Of a stretch of DNA of 64,000 bases, positions 1-12,513 are shown in pieces. Origin of the DNA: Gammaproteobacteria bacterium (GTDB taxonomy: Bacteria; Pseudomonadota; Gammaproteobacteria; Steroidobacterales; Steroidobacteraceae); contig VGVB01000008.1 of assembly GCA_016882265.1 (NCBI GenBank), forward strand, positions 5,862 to 69,861, in the 5' to 3' direction. The notes beneath the pieces are model-generated. The model was not told where the DNA came from. It did not search any database and worked only from the letters and a program-made list of their open reading frames with translations. The stretch's first letter is position 1; each line of letters begins with the position of its first letter. The translations under genes and the position numbers were made by a program.

Positions 1-1
1 G

Positions 2-3000
2 ACCGAGCAGCTCGCGCGCTACTTCCCCGACCTCGTCAATCCGGCGATGGAGACGGCGCTGGCGCTGGTGCATTCGCGCTTCTCGACCAACACCTTCCCG
101 AGCTGGGACCGCGCTCATCCGTACCGCTACCTGGCGCACAACGGCGAGATCAATACGCTGCGCGGCAACGTCAACTGGATGGCCGCGCGCGAGGCCCGGT
201 TCGAATCGGCGCTGTTCGGCGACGACATGAAGCAGATCCCACCGATCGTCAATCCGAACGGCAGCGATTCGGCGATGTTCGACAACGTGCTCGAACTGCT
301 GGTGCTCGCCGGCCGCTCGCTGCCGCACGCGATGATGATGATGATTCCGGAGCCGTGGTCGAATCACGCCGACATGGACGACGCGCGGCGCGCCTTCTAC
401 CAGTACCACTCGAGCCTGATGGAGCCGTGGGACGGCCCGGCTTCGATCGCCTTCACCGACGGCGTGCGCATCGGCGCGGTGCTCGACCGCAACGGCCTGC
501 GCCCGTCGCGCTACTACGTGACCAGGGACGGCCTCGTCGTGATGGCCTCCGAGGCCGGCGTGCTGGACATCCCGCCGGAGAACGTGCTGTGCAAGGGCCG
601 CCTGCAGCCCGGCCGCATGTTCCTCGTCGACACCGAACTGGGCCGCATCGTCGACGACGCCGAGATCAAGAGCGCGATCGCGGCCGAGCGGCCGTACCGG
701 CAGTGGCTCGATGAGCATCTCGTGCACCTCGACCAGATTCCGCCGGCGCCGGAGGTGCCGGCACCGGATCACGACACGCTGCTGCACCGGCAGATCGCTT
801 TCGGCTACACCTTCGAGGACCAGCGCCTGCTGCTGACGCCGATGGCGCGCGACGGCGTCGAGGCGCTCGGCTCGATGGGCAACGACACGCCGCTGGCGGT
901 GCTGTCGGAACGGCCGCGGCTGCTGTACGACTATTTCAAGCAGTTGTTCGCGCAGGTCACCAACCCGCCGATCGACAGCATCCGCGAGGAGCTGATCACT
1001 GCGTCCGAGGTCTGGCTCGGCTCCGAGGGCAACCTGCTCGAGCCGCAGCCGGCCGACTGCCGGCGCGTCGAGCTGTCCGGGCCGATCCTCGACAATGAGC
1101 AGTTCGCGAAAGTGCGGCGCCTCGACCTGCCGGGCATCCGCGCCGGCGTGCTGCCGGCGCTGTTTCGTGCGGCGCGCGGCGAGAAGGGGCTCGCGGCGGC
1201 GCTCACCGAGCTGTGCGAGCGCGCCTGGCGCATGGTCGTGGACGAGGGCCAGAACGTCCTGATCCTCAGCGACCGCGGGGTCAGCCGCGAATTCGTGCCG
1301 ATTCCGGCGCTGCTGGCCGTCGCCGGGCTGCACCACTTCCTGATCCGCGAGGGACTGCGCACGCGCGTCAGCCTCGTACTCGAGACTGGCGAGGCGCGCG
1401 AGGTGCACCACTTCGCGCTGCTGATCGGCTACGGCTGCAGCGCGATCAATCCGTACCTGGCGCTCGAGACCCTCGACGGCATGATCGAGGACGGTCTGCT
1501 GCCCGGCCTCGACCACCGCAGCGCCGTGAAGAACTACGTCAAGGCCGCGACCAAGGGCGTGGTCAAGACCATGTCGAAGATGGGCATCTCGGCGGTGCAG
1601 AGCTACCACGGCGCCCAGGTGTTCGAGGCCGTGGGCCTGCGCCAGGACGTCATCGACGAGTATTTCACCTGGACCGCCTCGCGCATCGGCGGCATCGGCA
1701 TCGAGGTCATCGCTCGCGAAGCCCTGCTGCGCCACCGCCAGGCCTTCCCGGCGCGGCCGGTGGACGGCCACAGCCTCGCGCCGGGCGGCCTGTACCAGTG
1801 GCGCGCCGACGGCGAGCACCATCTGTTCAACCCGGAGACCGTGCACCTGCTGCAGCAGGCGGTGCGCAGCGGCGATTACGCGACCTGGCGCGAGTACGCG
1901 ACGCGGGTCAACGATCAGTCGCGCCGGCTGGCGACGCTGCGCGGACTGCTGCAGTTCACCGCCGGCACGCCGGTGCTGCTCGACGAGGTCGAGCCGGTCG
2001 AGAGCCTCCTGCTGCGCTTCAAGACCGGCGCGATGTCCTACGGCTCGATCAGCCAGGAAGCGCACGAGACGCTGGCGATCGCGATGAACCGCATCGGCGG
2101 CAAGTCCAACACCGGCGAGGGCGGCGAGGATCCGGAGCGCTACCAGCCGCTGCCGAACGGCGACTCGAAGAACTCCGCGATCAAGCAGGTCGCCTCGGGC
2201 CGCTTCGGCGTGACCAGCGAGTACCTGGTCAACGCGCAGGAACTGCAGATCAAGATGGCGCAGGGCGCCAAGCCCGGCGAGGGCGGCCAGTTGCCGGGCA
2301 CCAAGGTCTATCCGTGGATCGCGCGCACGCGGCACACGACCGCCGGCGTCGGCCTGATTTCGCCGCCGCCGCACCACGATATCTACTCGATCGAGGACCT
2401 GGCCGAGCTGATCCACGACCTGAAGAACGCCAACCGCGACGCGCGCATCAGCGTCAAGCTGGTCGCCGAGGTCGGCGTCGGCACGATCGCCGCCGGGGTC
2501 GCCAAGGCCCACGCCGACGTCGTGCTGATCAGCGGCTACGACGGCGGCACCGGTGCCTCGCCGCGCAGTTCGATCTTCCATGCCGGCCTGCCGTGGGAGC
2601 TGGGACTGGCCGAGACGCACCAGACGCTGGTGCTCAACAACCTGCGCAGCCGCATCCGCGTCGAAACGGACGGCCAGCTCAAGACCGGCCGCGACGTCGT
2701 CATCGCCGCGCTGCTCGGCGCCGAGGAATTCGGCTTTGCGACCGCACCGCTCGTCGCGATGGGCTGCGTGATGATGCGCGTCTGCCACCTCAACACCTGC
2801 CCGACCGGCATCGCGACGCAGGACCCGCGCCTGCGCGAGCGTTTCGCCGGTGAGCCCGGGCACGTGATCCACTTCATGCGCTTCGTCGCCCAGGAGGCGC
2901 GCGAGCTGATGGCCGAACTCGGCTTCCGCACGCTCGACGAAATGGTCGGGCGCGTCGATCGGCTCGAGCCGGTGCACGCGCTGGAGCACTGGAAGGCGCG

Positions 3001-3973
3001 CGGCTTCGATTTCAGCAACATCCTGTACCAGCCGGATCTCGGGCCGGAGGTCGGGCGCTACTGCCAGATCGCGCAGGACCACGGGCTGCAGGACTCGCTC
3101 GACCTGCAGCAGCTTCTGGCCATCTGCCAGCCGGCGCTCGAGCGCGGCGCGCAGGTCAGCGCCGAGCTGCCGATCCGCAACGTCAACCGCGTCGTCGGCA
3201 CGATCACCGGCAGTGAGGTCACGAAGAAGTGGGGCGCGAAGGGTCTGCCGCACGACACGATCCGGATCCGCTTCACCGGCTCGGCCGGGCAGAGCTTCGG
3301 CGCGTTCCTGCCCAAGGGCATGACCTTCACGCTCGAGGGCGACGCCAACGACTACTGCGGCAAGGGCCTGTCCGGCGGCCGGATCATCGTGTTCCCGCCG
3401 GCCGCGGCCACGTTCCGCGCCGAGGACAACATCATCGTCGGCAACGTCGCGTTCTACGGCGCGACCAGCGGCGAGGCCTTCATCCGCGGCATGGCCGGTG
3501 AGCGCTTCGCGGTGCGCAACAGCGGCATGGACGCGGTGGTCGAGGCGGTCGGCGATCACGGCTGCGAATACATGACCGGCGGGCGCGTCGTCGTGCTCGG
3601 CCCGACCGGACGCAACTTCGGCGCCGGCATGTCCGGTGGTATCGCTTACGTGCTCGACGAGGCGGGCACGCTCGAGCGCAACATCAACCGGCAGATGGTC
3701 GGCACGGAGAGCGTCACCGACGCGGAGGAGATCGCCGGGCTGCGGGCGCTGATCGAGCGGCACGCGACGCTGACCGGCAGCAGCCGCGCGCGCGCGGTGC
3801 TCGACGGCTGGCACCGGCTCGTGTCGAAGTTCGTGCGCGTGATCCCGCGCGACTACCAGCGCATGCTGTCCTGCATCCGGCGCGCCCACGAGCAGGGCCT
3901 GACCGGCGACGAGGCGATCATGGTGGCGTTCGAGGAGAACGCGCGCGACCTGGCGCGCGTCGGCGGCAACTGA
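2..3973 (+). CDS. gltB: glutamate synthase (NADPH) large subunit, 5'-truncated by the window edge
   Basis: ORF 47..3973 stays open in the same frame back to nt 2 ([17 protein letters not shown]...). It has FMN/TIM-barrel motifs '[10 protein letters not shown]' and '[15 protein letters not shown]', the cluster region '[13 protein letters not shown]', and a C-terminal GXGXG beta-helix ('[25 protein letters not shown]'). gltD starts 3 nt after the stop. Confidence 0.95.
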   Translation, partial: TEQLARYFPDLVNPAMETALALVHSRFSTNTFPSWDRAHPYRYLAHNGEINTLRGNVNWMAAREARFESALFGDDMKQIPPIVNPNGSDSAMFDNVLELLVLAGRSLPHAMMMMIPEPWSNHADMDDARRAFYQYHSSLMEPWDGPASIAFTDGVRIGAVLDRNGLRPSRYYVTRDGLVVMASEAGVLDIPPENVLCKGRLQPGRMFLVDTELGRIVDDAEIKSAIAAERPYRQWLDEHLVHLDQIPPAPEVPAPDHDTLLHRQIAFGYTFEDQRLLLTPMARDGVEALGSMGNDTPLAVLSERPRLLYDYFKQLFAQVTNPPIDSIREELITASEVWLGSEGNLLEPQPADCRRVELSGPILDNEQFAKVRRLDLPGIRAGVLPALFRAARGEKGLAAALTELCERAWRMVVDEGQNVLILSDRGVSREFVPIPALLAVAGLHHFLIREGLRTRVSLVLETGEAREVHHFALLIGYGCSAINPYLALETLDGMIEDGLLPGLDHRSAVKNYVKAATKGVVKTMSKMGISAVQSYHGAQVFEAVGLRQDVIDEYFTWTASRIGGIGIEVIAREALLRHRQAFPARPVDGHSLAPGGLYQWRADGEHHLFNPETVHLLQQAVRSGDYATWREYATRVNDQSRRLATLRGLLQFTAGTPVLLDEVEPVESLLLRFKTGAMSYGSISQEAHETLAIAMNRIGGKSNTGEGGEDPERYQPLPNGDSKNSAIKQVASGRFGVTSEYLVNAQELQIKMAQGAKPGEGGQLPGTKVYPWIARTRHTTAGVGLISPPPHHDIYSIEDLAELIHDLKNANRDARISVKLVAEVGVGTIAAGVAKAHADVVLISGYDGGTGASPRSSIFHAGLPWELGLAETHQTLVLNNLRSRIRVETDGQLKTGRDVVIAALLGAEEFGFATAPLVAMGCVMMRVCHLNTCPTGIATQDPRLRERFAGEPGHVIHFMRFVAQEARELMAELGFRTLDEMVGRVDRLEPVHALEHWKARGFDFSNILYQPDLGPEVGRYCQIAQDHGLQDSLDLQQLLAICQPALERGAQVSAELPIRNVNRVVGTITGSEVTKKWGAKGLPHDTIRIRFTGSAGQSFGAFLPKGMTFTLEGDANDYCGKGLSGGRIIVFPPAAATFRAEDNIIVGNVAFYGATSGEAFIRGMAGERFAVRNSGMDAVVEAVGDHGCEYMTGGRVVVLGPTGRNFGAGMSGGIAYVLDEAGTLERNINRQMVGTESVTDAEEIAGLRALIERHATLTGSSRARAVLDGWHRLVSKFVRVIPRDYQRMLSCIRRAHEQGLTGDEAIMVAFEENARDLARVGGN

Positions 3974-3975
3974 CC

Positions 3976-5460
3976 ATGGGCAAGCCCACCGGCTTCATCG
4001 AATTCCTGCGCGAAGTGCCGGTCGATCGCGCGCCGCGAGAGCGCATCCGCGACTGGGACGAGTTCCACCTCGAGCTCGAGGAGCGCCGGCTGCGCCAGCA
4101 GGGCGCGCGCTGCATGGACTGCGGCACGCCGTTCTGCCACACCGGACTGCTGCTGAACGGCGCGGCTTCCGGCTGCCCGATCAACAACCTGATCCCGGAA
4201 TGGAACGATCTCGTCTACCGCGGCCTGTGGCATGAGGCGCTCACGCGCCTGCACCGCACCAACAACTTCCCCGAGTTCACCGGCCGGGTCTGCCCGGCAC
4301 CGTGCGAGGGCTCCTGCGTGCTCGGCCTGCACGCGCCGGCGGTGACGATCAAGAACATCGAGTGCAGCATCGTCGAGCGCGGCTGGGAGGAGGGCTGGAT
4401 CCTGCCCGAGCCGCCGGTGGCGCGCACCGGCAAGAAGGTCGTCGTGATCGGTTCCGGTCCCGCGGGACTGGCCGCGGCTGCGCAGCTCAACCGTGCCGGG
4501 CACCTGGTCACTGTGCTCGAGCGCGCCGAGCGGCCGGGCGGCCTGCTGATGTACGGCATCCCGAACATGAAGCTCGACAAGCACGAGGTCGTCGCGCGGC
4601 GCCTGCGCCTGCTGGAGGCCGAGGGCGTCAAGTTCATCTGCAACGCCAACGTCGGCGAGAACGTCGAGGCGCAGTTGCTGCTGACGGACTTCGACGCGAC
4701 GGTGATCTGTACCGGCGCGACGCGCCCGCGGGATCTGCCGGTCGAGGGGCGCGGACTCAGTGACGTGCTGTTCGCCATGGACTACCTGACCGCGGCGACC
4801 CGCGCGGTGCTGGCCGGCACGCCGGACGAGACGCCGCTGCACGCCCGCGGCCGCGACGTCGTCGTGATCGGTGGCGGTGACACCGGCACCGACTGCGTCG
4901 CCACTGCGCTGCGCCAGGGCTGCCGCTCGCTGCTGCAGTTCGAGATCCTGCCGCGACCGCCGGCCGAGCGGGGCGCCGACAACCCATGGCCGGAATGGCC
5001 GCGGATCCAGCGCAGCGACTACGGCCACGAAGAAGCGGCGGCACGTTTCGGCAGCGATCCGCGCGTGTACCAGACCACGGTGCAGCGCTTCAACGGTGAC
5101 GCCGACGGCAACGTGCGCGAAGTCGTCACCGTCGAAGTCGACTGGGCGCGCGACGCCGAGGGCCGCTGGCAGTCGCGCGAGCGAGCCGGCAGCGAACGTG
5201 TGCGACCGGCGCAGATCGTACTGCTGGCGCTCGGTTTCCTCGGCCCGGAAGCGGGGCTGCTGCGCGACTTCGGCGTCACCACCGATGCGCGCGGCAACGT
5301 GCAGGCCGGCCACGGCAGTTACGCCACCAACGTGAAGGGCGTGTTCGCCGCCGGCGACTGCCGCCGCGGCCAGAGCCTGGTGGTCTGGGCGATCCACGAG
5401 GGCCGCGGCGTCGCCCGCGAGGTGGATCGTTACCTGATGGGCAGCACCGATCTGCCGTAG
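3976..5460 (+). CDS. gltD: glutamate synthase small subunit (NADPH-dependent oxidoreductase)
   Basis: 494 aa. Fe-S Cys motifs '[10 protein letters not shown]' and 'CPAPCEGSC'. Two dinucleotide-binding folds, '[14 protein letters not shown]' and '[13 protein letters not shown]'. Immediately follows gltB. Confidence 0.95.
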   Translation: MGKPTGFIEFLREVPVDRAPRERIRDWDEFHLELEERRLRQQGARCMDCGTPFCHTGLLLNGAASGCPINNLIPEWNDLVYRGLWHEALTRLHRTNNFPEFTGRVCPAPCEGSCVLGLHAPAVTIKNIECSIVERGWEEGWILPEPPVARTGKKVVVIGSGPAGLAAAAQLNRAGHLVTVLERAERPGGLLMYGIPNMKLDKHEVVARRLRLLEAEGVKFICNANVGENVEAQLLLTDFDATVICTGATRPRDLPVEGRGLSDVLFAMDYLTAATRAVLAGTPDETPLHARGRDVVVIGGGDTGTDCVATALRQGCRSLLQFEILPRPPAERGADNPWPEWPRIQRSDYGHEEAAARFGSDPRVYQTTVQRFNGDADGNVREVVTVEVDWARDAEGRWQSRERAGSERVRPAQIVLLALGFLGPEAGLLRDFGVTTDARGNVQAGHGSYATNVKGVFAAGDCRRGQSLVVWAIHEGRGVAREVDRYLMGSTDLP

Positions 5461-5513
5461 CGGCGCGCGGCGGCCGGATCGCAAACCCAAGCCCGGCGGA
5501 GCGACGAGTTCCG

Positions 5514-6371
5514 TCAGCAGTCCGCACTCGGCGGAAATTCCCGGTACTGCGGGAGGTCGTCGGCGATGTCGAACCACGGCGCCTTCGAGCCGACGAAGAT
5601 GTGCAGTTGCGGGCGCAGGCCGGGATCGTCATCCAGCGAGCCCATCGGAATGCCGACCGGGCCGGCGGCGGGGCGCGGCAGCGAGGAGCCGCAGTCGACG
5701 CAGAACGCGTAACTGAAACGCGGCGCTTCCGGCAGCGTGAATGTCTGCAGCCGATCGGCGCCCCGCGTGTAGGTCACGGCCGCAAAGAGATAGGAGCCAT
5801 GCGCCGCCGAGCGGGCCCGGCGGCAGCGACTGCAGTGGCAATTGACACTTCGCTGCGGCGCGGCGGCGAGGCGATACGCGACTGCCCCGCACAAACAACT
5901 TCCGCGCGGCGTACCCGGCGGGTCCGACGATCGGCACTCCGGAAGAGACGGCGCCGCAATGCCCGGCGGATAGCAGTCGAAGCGCGGCAGACGATCGGGG
6001 ATCTCGTACCACGGGGCTTTCGAAGCGGTGAAGATATGCGCCAGCGGACGAATGCCGGGGTCCTCGGTGAAGTTCCCGGCTGGCACGAAGACCTGACCGT
6101 CGACGGGGTCGCCGGGCACCACCGAACCGCAGTGCCGGCAGAAACAGCGGTATGCACCAGGCGCTGATTCCCAGCGGGCCCGGTGAGTCGTGCCGGACAG
6201 GCGGAAGTTCGCCACCCGGCCGGCCAGATAGGTCGCAAAGGCCGACCCATGTGCCTTGCGGCACCGCGAGCAATGGCAATGCACCATCGACTCGAACGGC
6301 CCGTCGAGTTCCCAGGCGACGGCTCCGCACAGGCACTGCGCACTCGCCATGTCAGTCTCCGGTCTCCACAA
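5514..6371 (-). CDS. GFA-family (glutathione-dependent formaldehyde-activating / CENP-V-like) zinc protein with two tandem GFA domains
   Basis: Two internal copies of the GFA Cys pattern: 'CLCGAVAWEL...HCHCSRCRKAHGSAF...CRHCGS' and 'CLCGAVAYRL...NCHCSRCRRARSAAHGS...CVDCGS'. The start could be 6371 or the Met at 6350. Confidence 0.8.
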   Translation of the reverse strand: MWRPETDMASAQCLCGAVAWELDGPFESMVHCHCSRCRKAHGSAFATYLAGRVANFRLSGTTHRARWESAPGAYRCFCRHCGSVVPGDPVDGQVFVPAGNFTEDPGIRPLAHIFTASKAPWYEIPDRLPRFDCYPPGIAAPSLPECRSSDPPGTPRGSCLCGAVAYRLAAAPQRSVNCHCSRCRRARSAAHGSYLFAAVTYTRGADRLQTFTLPEAPRFSYAFCVDCGSSLPRPAAGPVGIPMGSLDDDPGLRPQLHIFVGSKAPWFDIADDLPQYREFPPSADC

Positions 6372-6449
6372 CGGACTCTACGTGGCTGCGACCGTGCTCT
6401 CAACGAGATCCGGCGGAGCGACTGCGCCGGCGCCCGGGTGGCGGCACGC

Positions 6450-7562
6450 TCACGCCCGATGCGCCCGCGCCAGGTACTCCCGCCCCTGCATCTCGTGCAA
6501 TCGGCTGGCCGTGCGCCGAAACTCGAAGGCGAGGCGCTGGCCGCGGTACAGGTCATCGGGCGTGGCCGCGGCGCAGGACAACAACAGCTTGACGCCGCGG
6601 TCGTAGAACTCGTCGACCAGCGTGATCAGGCGCCGCGCGGCATCGTCGGCCAGCGCATCGAGTGCCGGCACGCCGCTGATCAGCACTGTGTGGTAGCAGC
6701 GTGCCAGCTCGATGTAGTCGGCAGCGGCGCGCGGCCGCACGCACAGCTCGTCGAAGTCGAACCACACGATGTCCTCGGTCGCCCCGCGCGCCCGCAGGGG
6801 GCGTCCGGCGATGACGATGCGCGGGTCGGCGGTCGCGCCGTCGGCGGCCAGTGCGGCGAATTCCGCGGCGAGGCGCTGTTCACGGTCGGCGACGGCGGCA
6901 CCGAGAAAGGTCGGCAGCCGCTCGAGTTGCCGCAGCCGGTAGTCGTCGGGGCCATCCAGTTCGAGCACCAGGCAATGGCGCTCGAGCAGCGCGATCGCCG
7001 GCAGGAAGCGGGCGCGCTGCAGGCCGTCGCGGTACAGGTTGGCGGGAGCGACGTTCGAAGTCGCGACCAGCGTGACGCCGCGGGCGAACAGCGCCTCGAG
7101 CAGGCCGCCGAGGATCATCGCGTCGGCAATGTCGCTGACCACGAACTCGTCGAAGCACAGCAGGCGGGTGCTGGTGGCCAGATCGTCCGCGACGCGCGCG
7201 AGCGGCTCGGGCCGGTTGCGATGCCGGCGCAGGCCGGCGTGCACGTCCTGCATGAAGCGATGGAAGTGCTCGCGCCGCTTGTCCGGCAGTGGCAGCTCAG
7301 CGCAGAACTGGTCCATCAGGAAGGTCTTGCCGCGGCCGACCGCGCCCCACAGGTACAGGCCGCGCAACGGCGTCACGCGACGGCGCGGAGCGAGCGCGGC
7401 GAGTCCGCGTGCCAGCAACGTCGGCCGTGCGGCGCGCGCCAGCAGCCGCCGGCGCAGATCCTCGAGGCGGGCGATCGCCCGGCGTTGCGCCGCATCCGGC
7501 TGGTGGCCGTGAGCGGCGAGCGCGGCCGTGATCCGGGCCGCGAGCGGCGACGCGCTGTGCAT
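6450..7562 (-). CDS. zapE: AFG1-family ATPase, cell division protein ZapE
   Basis: 370 aa. Walker A 'GLYLWGAVGRGKTFLMD'. Walker B-like 'LLCFDEFVVSDIADA'. Overall AFG1/ZapE layout. Confidence 0.85.
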   Translation of the reverse strand: MHSASPLAARITAALAAHGHQPDAAQRRAIARLEDLRRRLLARAARPTLLARGLAALAPRRRVTPLRGLYLWGAVGRGKTFLMDQFCAELPLPDKRREHFHRFMQDVHAGLRRHRNRPEPLARVADDLATSTRLLCFDEFVVSDIADAMILGGLLEALFARGVTLVATSNVAPANLYRDGLQRARFLPAIALLERHCLVLELDGPDDYRLRQLERLPTFLGAAVADREQRLAAEFAALAADGATADPRIVIAGRPLRARGATEDIVWFDFDELCVRPRAAADYIELARCYHTVLISGVPALDALADDAARRLITLVDEFYDRGVKLLLSCAAATPDDLYRGQRLAFEFRRTASRLHEMQGREYLARAHRA

Positions 7563-7567
7563 CGGTG

Positions 7568-9517
<1,950 letters not shown>

Positions 9518-9518
9518 C

Positions 9519-11114
9519 CTAGAGCTGGTTGTAGTTCGGTCCGGATCCGCCCTCGGGCGTGGTCCAGGTGATGATCCCGTACGGATCCTTGATGTCGCAG
9601 GCCTTGCAGTGCACGCAGTTGGCGGCGTTGATCTGCAGGCGGCGGTTGCCGCTGTCGTCGCTGACCATCTCGTAGACGCCGGCCGGGCAGAACTTCTCGC
9701 AGGGATTTCCGAACTCCGCGGTGCAGCGCGTCACGCAGATCGAGGGATCGGCCACCTTCAGGTGTACGGGCTGGCTTTCCTCATGCGCGTTGCCAGCATT
9801 GAAGACCGCGGCGAGCCGGTCGCGCGGCGGGAGTGTGCGCTCCGTCCAGCCGCGCTCTGGCGTGGCGCCCGCGTCGAGCTGCTGCAGCGCCGTGTGGTTC
9901 TCGTGGTTGGCGAGCGTCCACGGGCTGCGGCCGCCGAGCACGGTCTCGAGCCCGGCATTGGCAAGGCCCACCCACAGACCGCCGCGGAAACCGGGCTTGA
10001 CGTTGCGCACGCGGCGCAGTTCCTGGCCGCCGGCCGACGCGCGCCAGCGCGCATCGAAGCCCTCGGTCGCGCCGCGCTCGACGAGATGCTCCGCGGCCAG
10101 CACGCCGGAGCGGATCGCCTGGTGCACGCCCTTGATCTTCGGCACGTTCAGCGTGCCGGCCGCATCGCCGACCAGCAGCAAACCCGGCGCGTCCATGCGC
10201 GGCAGCGACTGCCAGCCGCCCGCCGCGATCGTGCGTGCGCCGTAGCCGAGCAGTTCGCCGCCCTCGAGCAGCGGCCGGACGCTCGGGTGATGCTTGAACT
10301 GCTGGAACGCCTCGAACGGGCTGAAGCGCGGATCACGGTAGTCGAGCCCGACGACGAAGCCGAGGTACACGCGATCCTGATCGAGGTGATAGAGAAAACT
10401 GCCGCCGTAGGTGCGCGCATCGAGCGGCCAGCCGATCGTGTGGCGGATCAGTCCCGGCTCTGCGCGACCCGCAGGAAGCTGCCACAGCTCCTTGAAGCCG
10501 AGCCCGTAGGTCGGCGGCGAACAACCGTCCGCCAGCTTGAGGCGCGCGATCACCTGCTTGGTGACGCTGCCGCGGCAGCCCTCAACGAGCACGGTCGTGC
10601 CGGCATGGATCTCGGCGCCCGGCGTGTGATTGGGCCCGGGCGTGCCGTCCTTGTTGAGCCCCATGTCGCCGATGCGCACGCCGCGGACGCGGCCGTCGTC
10701 GGCGTAAACCGCCTCAGCGGCGGCGAATCCGGGGAAGATATCGACGCCGAGCGCCTCGGCGCGGGTCGCCATCCAGGCGGCGAGCAGCCCGAGCGAGACG
10801 ATGAAATTGCCCGCGTTGTGCATCTGCGGCGGATTCGGCATCCACCAGCTCCGCCGCCGGGTCAGCAGGCGGAACTCGTCGCGCGCCGCCGGCACGCAGA
10901 TCGCGGGCGGCGACTCGCGCCATTCCGGCAGCAGGGCATCGAGCGGTCCGGGTTCCATGACGCAGCCGGACAGGAGCTGCGCGCCGACCGCCGAGCCCTT
11001 CTCCAGCACGCAGATACTGAGCTCCGGTTGAAGCTGCTTCAGGCGGATCGCGCAGGCGAGACCGGCCGGGCCAGCGCCGACCACGACCACGTCGTATTCC
11101 ATCACCTCAGTCAT
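9519..11114 (-). CDS. electron-transfer flavoprotein:ubiquinone oxidoreductase (ETF-QO)
   Basis: 531 aa. FAD fold 'YDVVVVGAGPAGLACA'. C-terminal 4Fe-4S region 'CPAGVYE...NCVHCKACDIKDP...TWTTPEGGSGPNY'. Confidence 0.93.
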   Translation of the reverse strand: MTEVMEYDVVVVGAGPAGLACAIRLKQLQPELSICVLEKGSAVGAQLLSGCVMEPGPLDALLPEWRESPPAICVPAARDEFRLLTRRRSWWMPNPPQMHNAGNFIVSLGLLAAWMATRAEALGVDIFPGFAAAEAVYADDGRVRGVRIGDMGLNKDGTPGPNHTPGAEIHAGTTVLVEGCRGSVTKQVIARLKLADGCSPPTYGLGFKELWQLPAGRAEPGLIRHTIGWPLDARTYGGSFLYHLDQDRVYLGFVVGLDYRDPRFSPFEAFQQFKHHPSVRPLLEGGELLGYGARTIAAGGWQSLPRMDAPGLLLVGDAAGTLNVPKIKGVHQAIRSGVLAAEHLVERGATEGFDARWRASAGGQELRRVRNVKPGFRGGLWVGLANAGLETVLGGRSPWTLANHENHTALQQLDAGATPERGWTERTLPPRDRLAAVFNAGNAHEESQPVHLKVADPSICVTRCTAEFGNPCEKFCPAGVYEMVSDDSGNRRLQINAANCVHCKACDIKDPYGIITWTTPEGGSGPNYNQL

Positions 11115-11126
11115 GGCGAAAGTATA

Positions 11127-11192
11127 GCGAAAAAGGGGACGCTTCCCTTTTTCACCGAGGACGGTGAAAAAGGGAAGCGTCCCCTTTTTCGC
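11127..11192. repeat. perfect 30-bp-arm hairpin (6-nt loop), copy 1 of a repeated palindromic element; terminator/attenuator-like
   Basis: 11127-11156 (GCGAAAAAGGGGACGCTTCCCTTTTTCACC) is the exact reverse complement of 11163-11192. It shares the core AAAAGGGGACGCTTCCCTTTT with 27432-27518. It lies between the M16 gene and the ETF-QO start (11114). Confidence 0.9.
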
Positions 11193-12513
11193 CCACCAGA
11201 ACGGTGGTCATCGCATCAGAGCGCAGGAAGCGCTGCGCGGCGGCGCTGACCTCGGCCGGCGTCACGGCGTGGACACTGGCGACCCAGCGGGTCAGGTACT
11301 CGTCCGGCAGGCCGTGCAGGTCGAGGAAGGCAAGCTGCGCGAGCAGGCCGTCGGCGCTCGAGTTGACGACGACGAACAGGCCGGCGCGGTAATTCGCGAT
11401 CGCGCGCAGCTCCTCCGGCGGCGGCGGCTCGCTGCGCAGCCGCTCGATCTCGCGGTTGATCTCCACGAGGGCTGCCGCGGTGTGGGCCGCGGTCACGTCC
11501 GCCTCGAGCACCCACAGCGCGGCGCCGCGGAACAGGCGGAGCGAGGAGCCGGGCGAGTACGCATAGCCCTTGTCCTCGCGCAGGTTGCTGGTGATCCGCG
11601 AGATGAACGAGCCGCCGAGCAGGGTGTTCATCACCGAGAGCGGAAACCACCCGGCCTGCGCCGGGCCGGTGACCGGCACGGCGATCCGCACGGTGGTCTG
11701 GTTCGAGCCGGGCCGCTCGATGAACTGCTGCCGGGCCTGCGCGCTCGCGACCGGCGGGTGATCGGTCGGCGCCGCGCCCGCCGGCCAGTCGGCAAAGACC
11801 TCGCGCAGCGCCGCTTCCAGTGTGCCGCGCTCGAAGCGGCCGGCGATGTACAGATGCGTGCGCCGCGCGCCGAAGTTGCGCGCATGGAATTCGCGCACTG
11901 CCTCGATACCGTAGCCCGCGAGCTGGCCGGGGCGCGGCAAGGTTCGCGCGAACGGATGCTCGCCCCAGATCATTGCGGCGAGCGCCTCGTCGGCGAGCGC
12001 ATCGGGCTCGGCGCGCGCGACGCTCAGCCGGCGCTCGAAGTTCGCAAGCACACGTGGCAGCTCGCCGGCCGGGAAGCGCGGCTGCCGCAGCAGGTCGGCG
12101 ATCAGGCGCACGGCCTGCGGCGCGTGCTCCGAGAGTACCGACAGGCCGACGCTGGTCTGCTCGGCGCCGGCGGCGAGCGCGAGGCTGCCGCCCATGCCGG
12201 CGACGTCGCGCGCGATGTCTTCGGCACTGCGCCCGCCCGCCCCTTCGCGCAGCATCTCGACCGCGACGTCGGCGAGCCAGGTGTTCTCGCCCTCGTCGAC
12301 GTTGCCGGTGCGCACGACCGCGAGCACGGTGGTCTTCGGAATGCGGCCCCAGGGAACGAAGGTGATGGCGAGGCCGTTGTCGAGGCACACGGTCTCCTTC
12401 GCTGGCAGCGCGAAGTCGCGCGGCGTGCCGGGTGCTGGCGGAGACTCGGCGGCTCCGGCGCCGGTGACCAGCGCCGCAGCGAGGACCGCAGCCGCGAAGA
12501 CGACCGACTTCAT
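11152..12513 (-). CDS. M16-family peptidase, non-catalytic (M16B-like) subunit, secreted
   Basis: 453 aa. Signal peptide 'MKSVVFAAAVLAAALVTGAGAAE'. Insulinase fold without an HxxEH motif. Its ATGA start overlaps the upstream M16 gene by 4 nt. The last ~13 codons run into hairpin copy 1. Confidence 0.8.
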   Translation of the reverse strand: MKSVVFAAAVLAAALVTGAGAAESPPAPGTPRDFALPAKETVCLDNGLAITFVPWGRIPKTTVLAVVRTGNVDEGENTWLADVAVEMLREGAGGRSAEDIARDVAGMGGSLALAAGAEQTSVGLSVLSEHAPQAVRLIADLLRQPRFPAGELPRVLANFERRLSVARAEPDALADEALAAMIWGEHPFARTLPRPGQLAGYGIEAVREFHARNFGARRTHLYIAGRFERGTLEAALREVFADWPAGAAPTDHPPVASAQARQQFIERPGSNQTTVRIAVPVTGPAQAGWFPLSVMNTLLGGSFISRITSNLREDKGYAYSPGSSLRLFRGAALWVLEADVTAAHTAAALVEINREIERLRSEPPPPEELRAIANYRAGLFVVVNSSADGLLAQLAFLDLHGLPDEYLTRWVASVHAVTPAEVSAAAQRFLRSDAMTTVLVGEKGDASLFHRPR

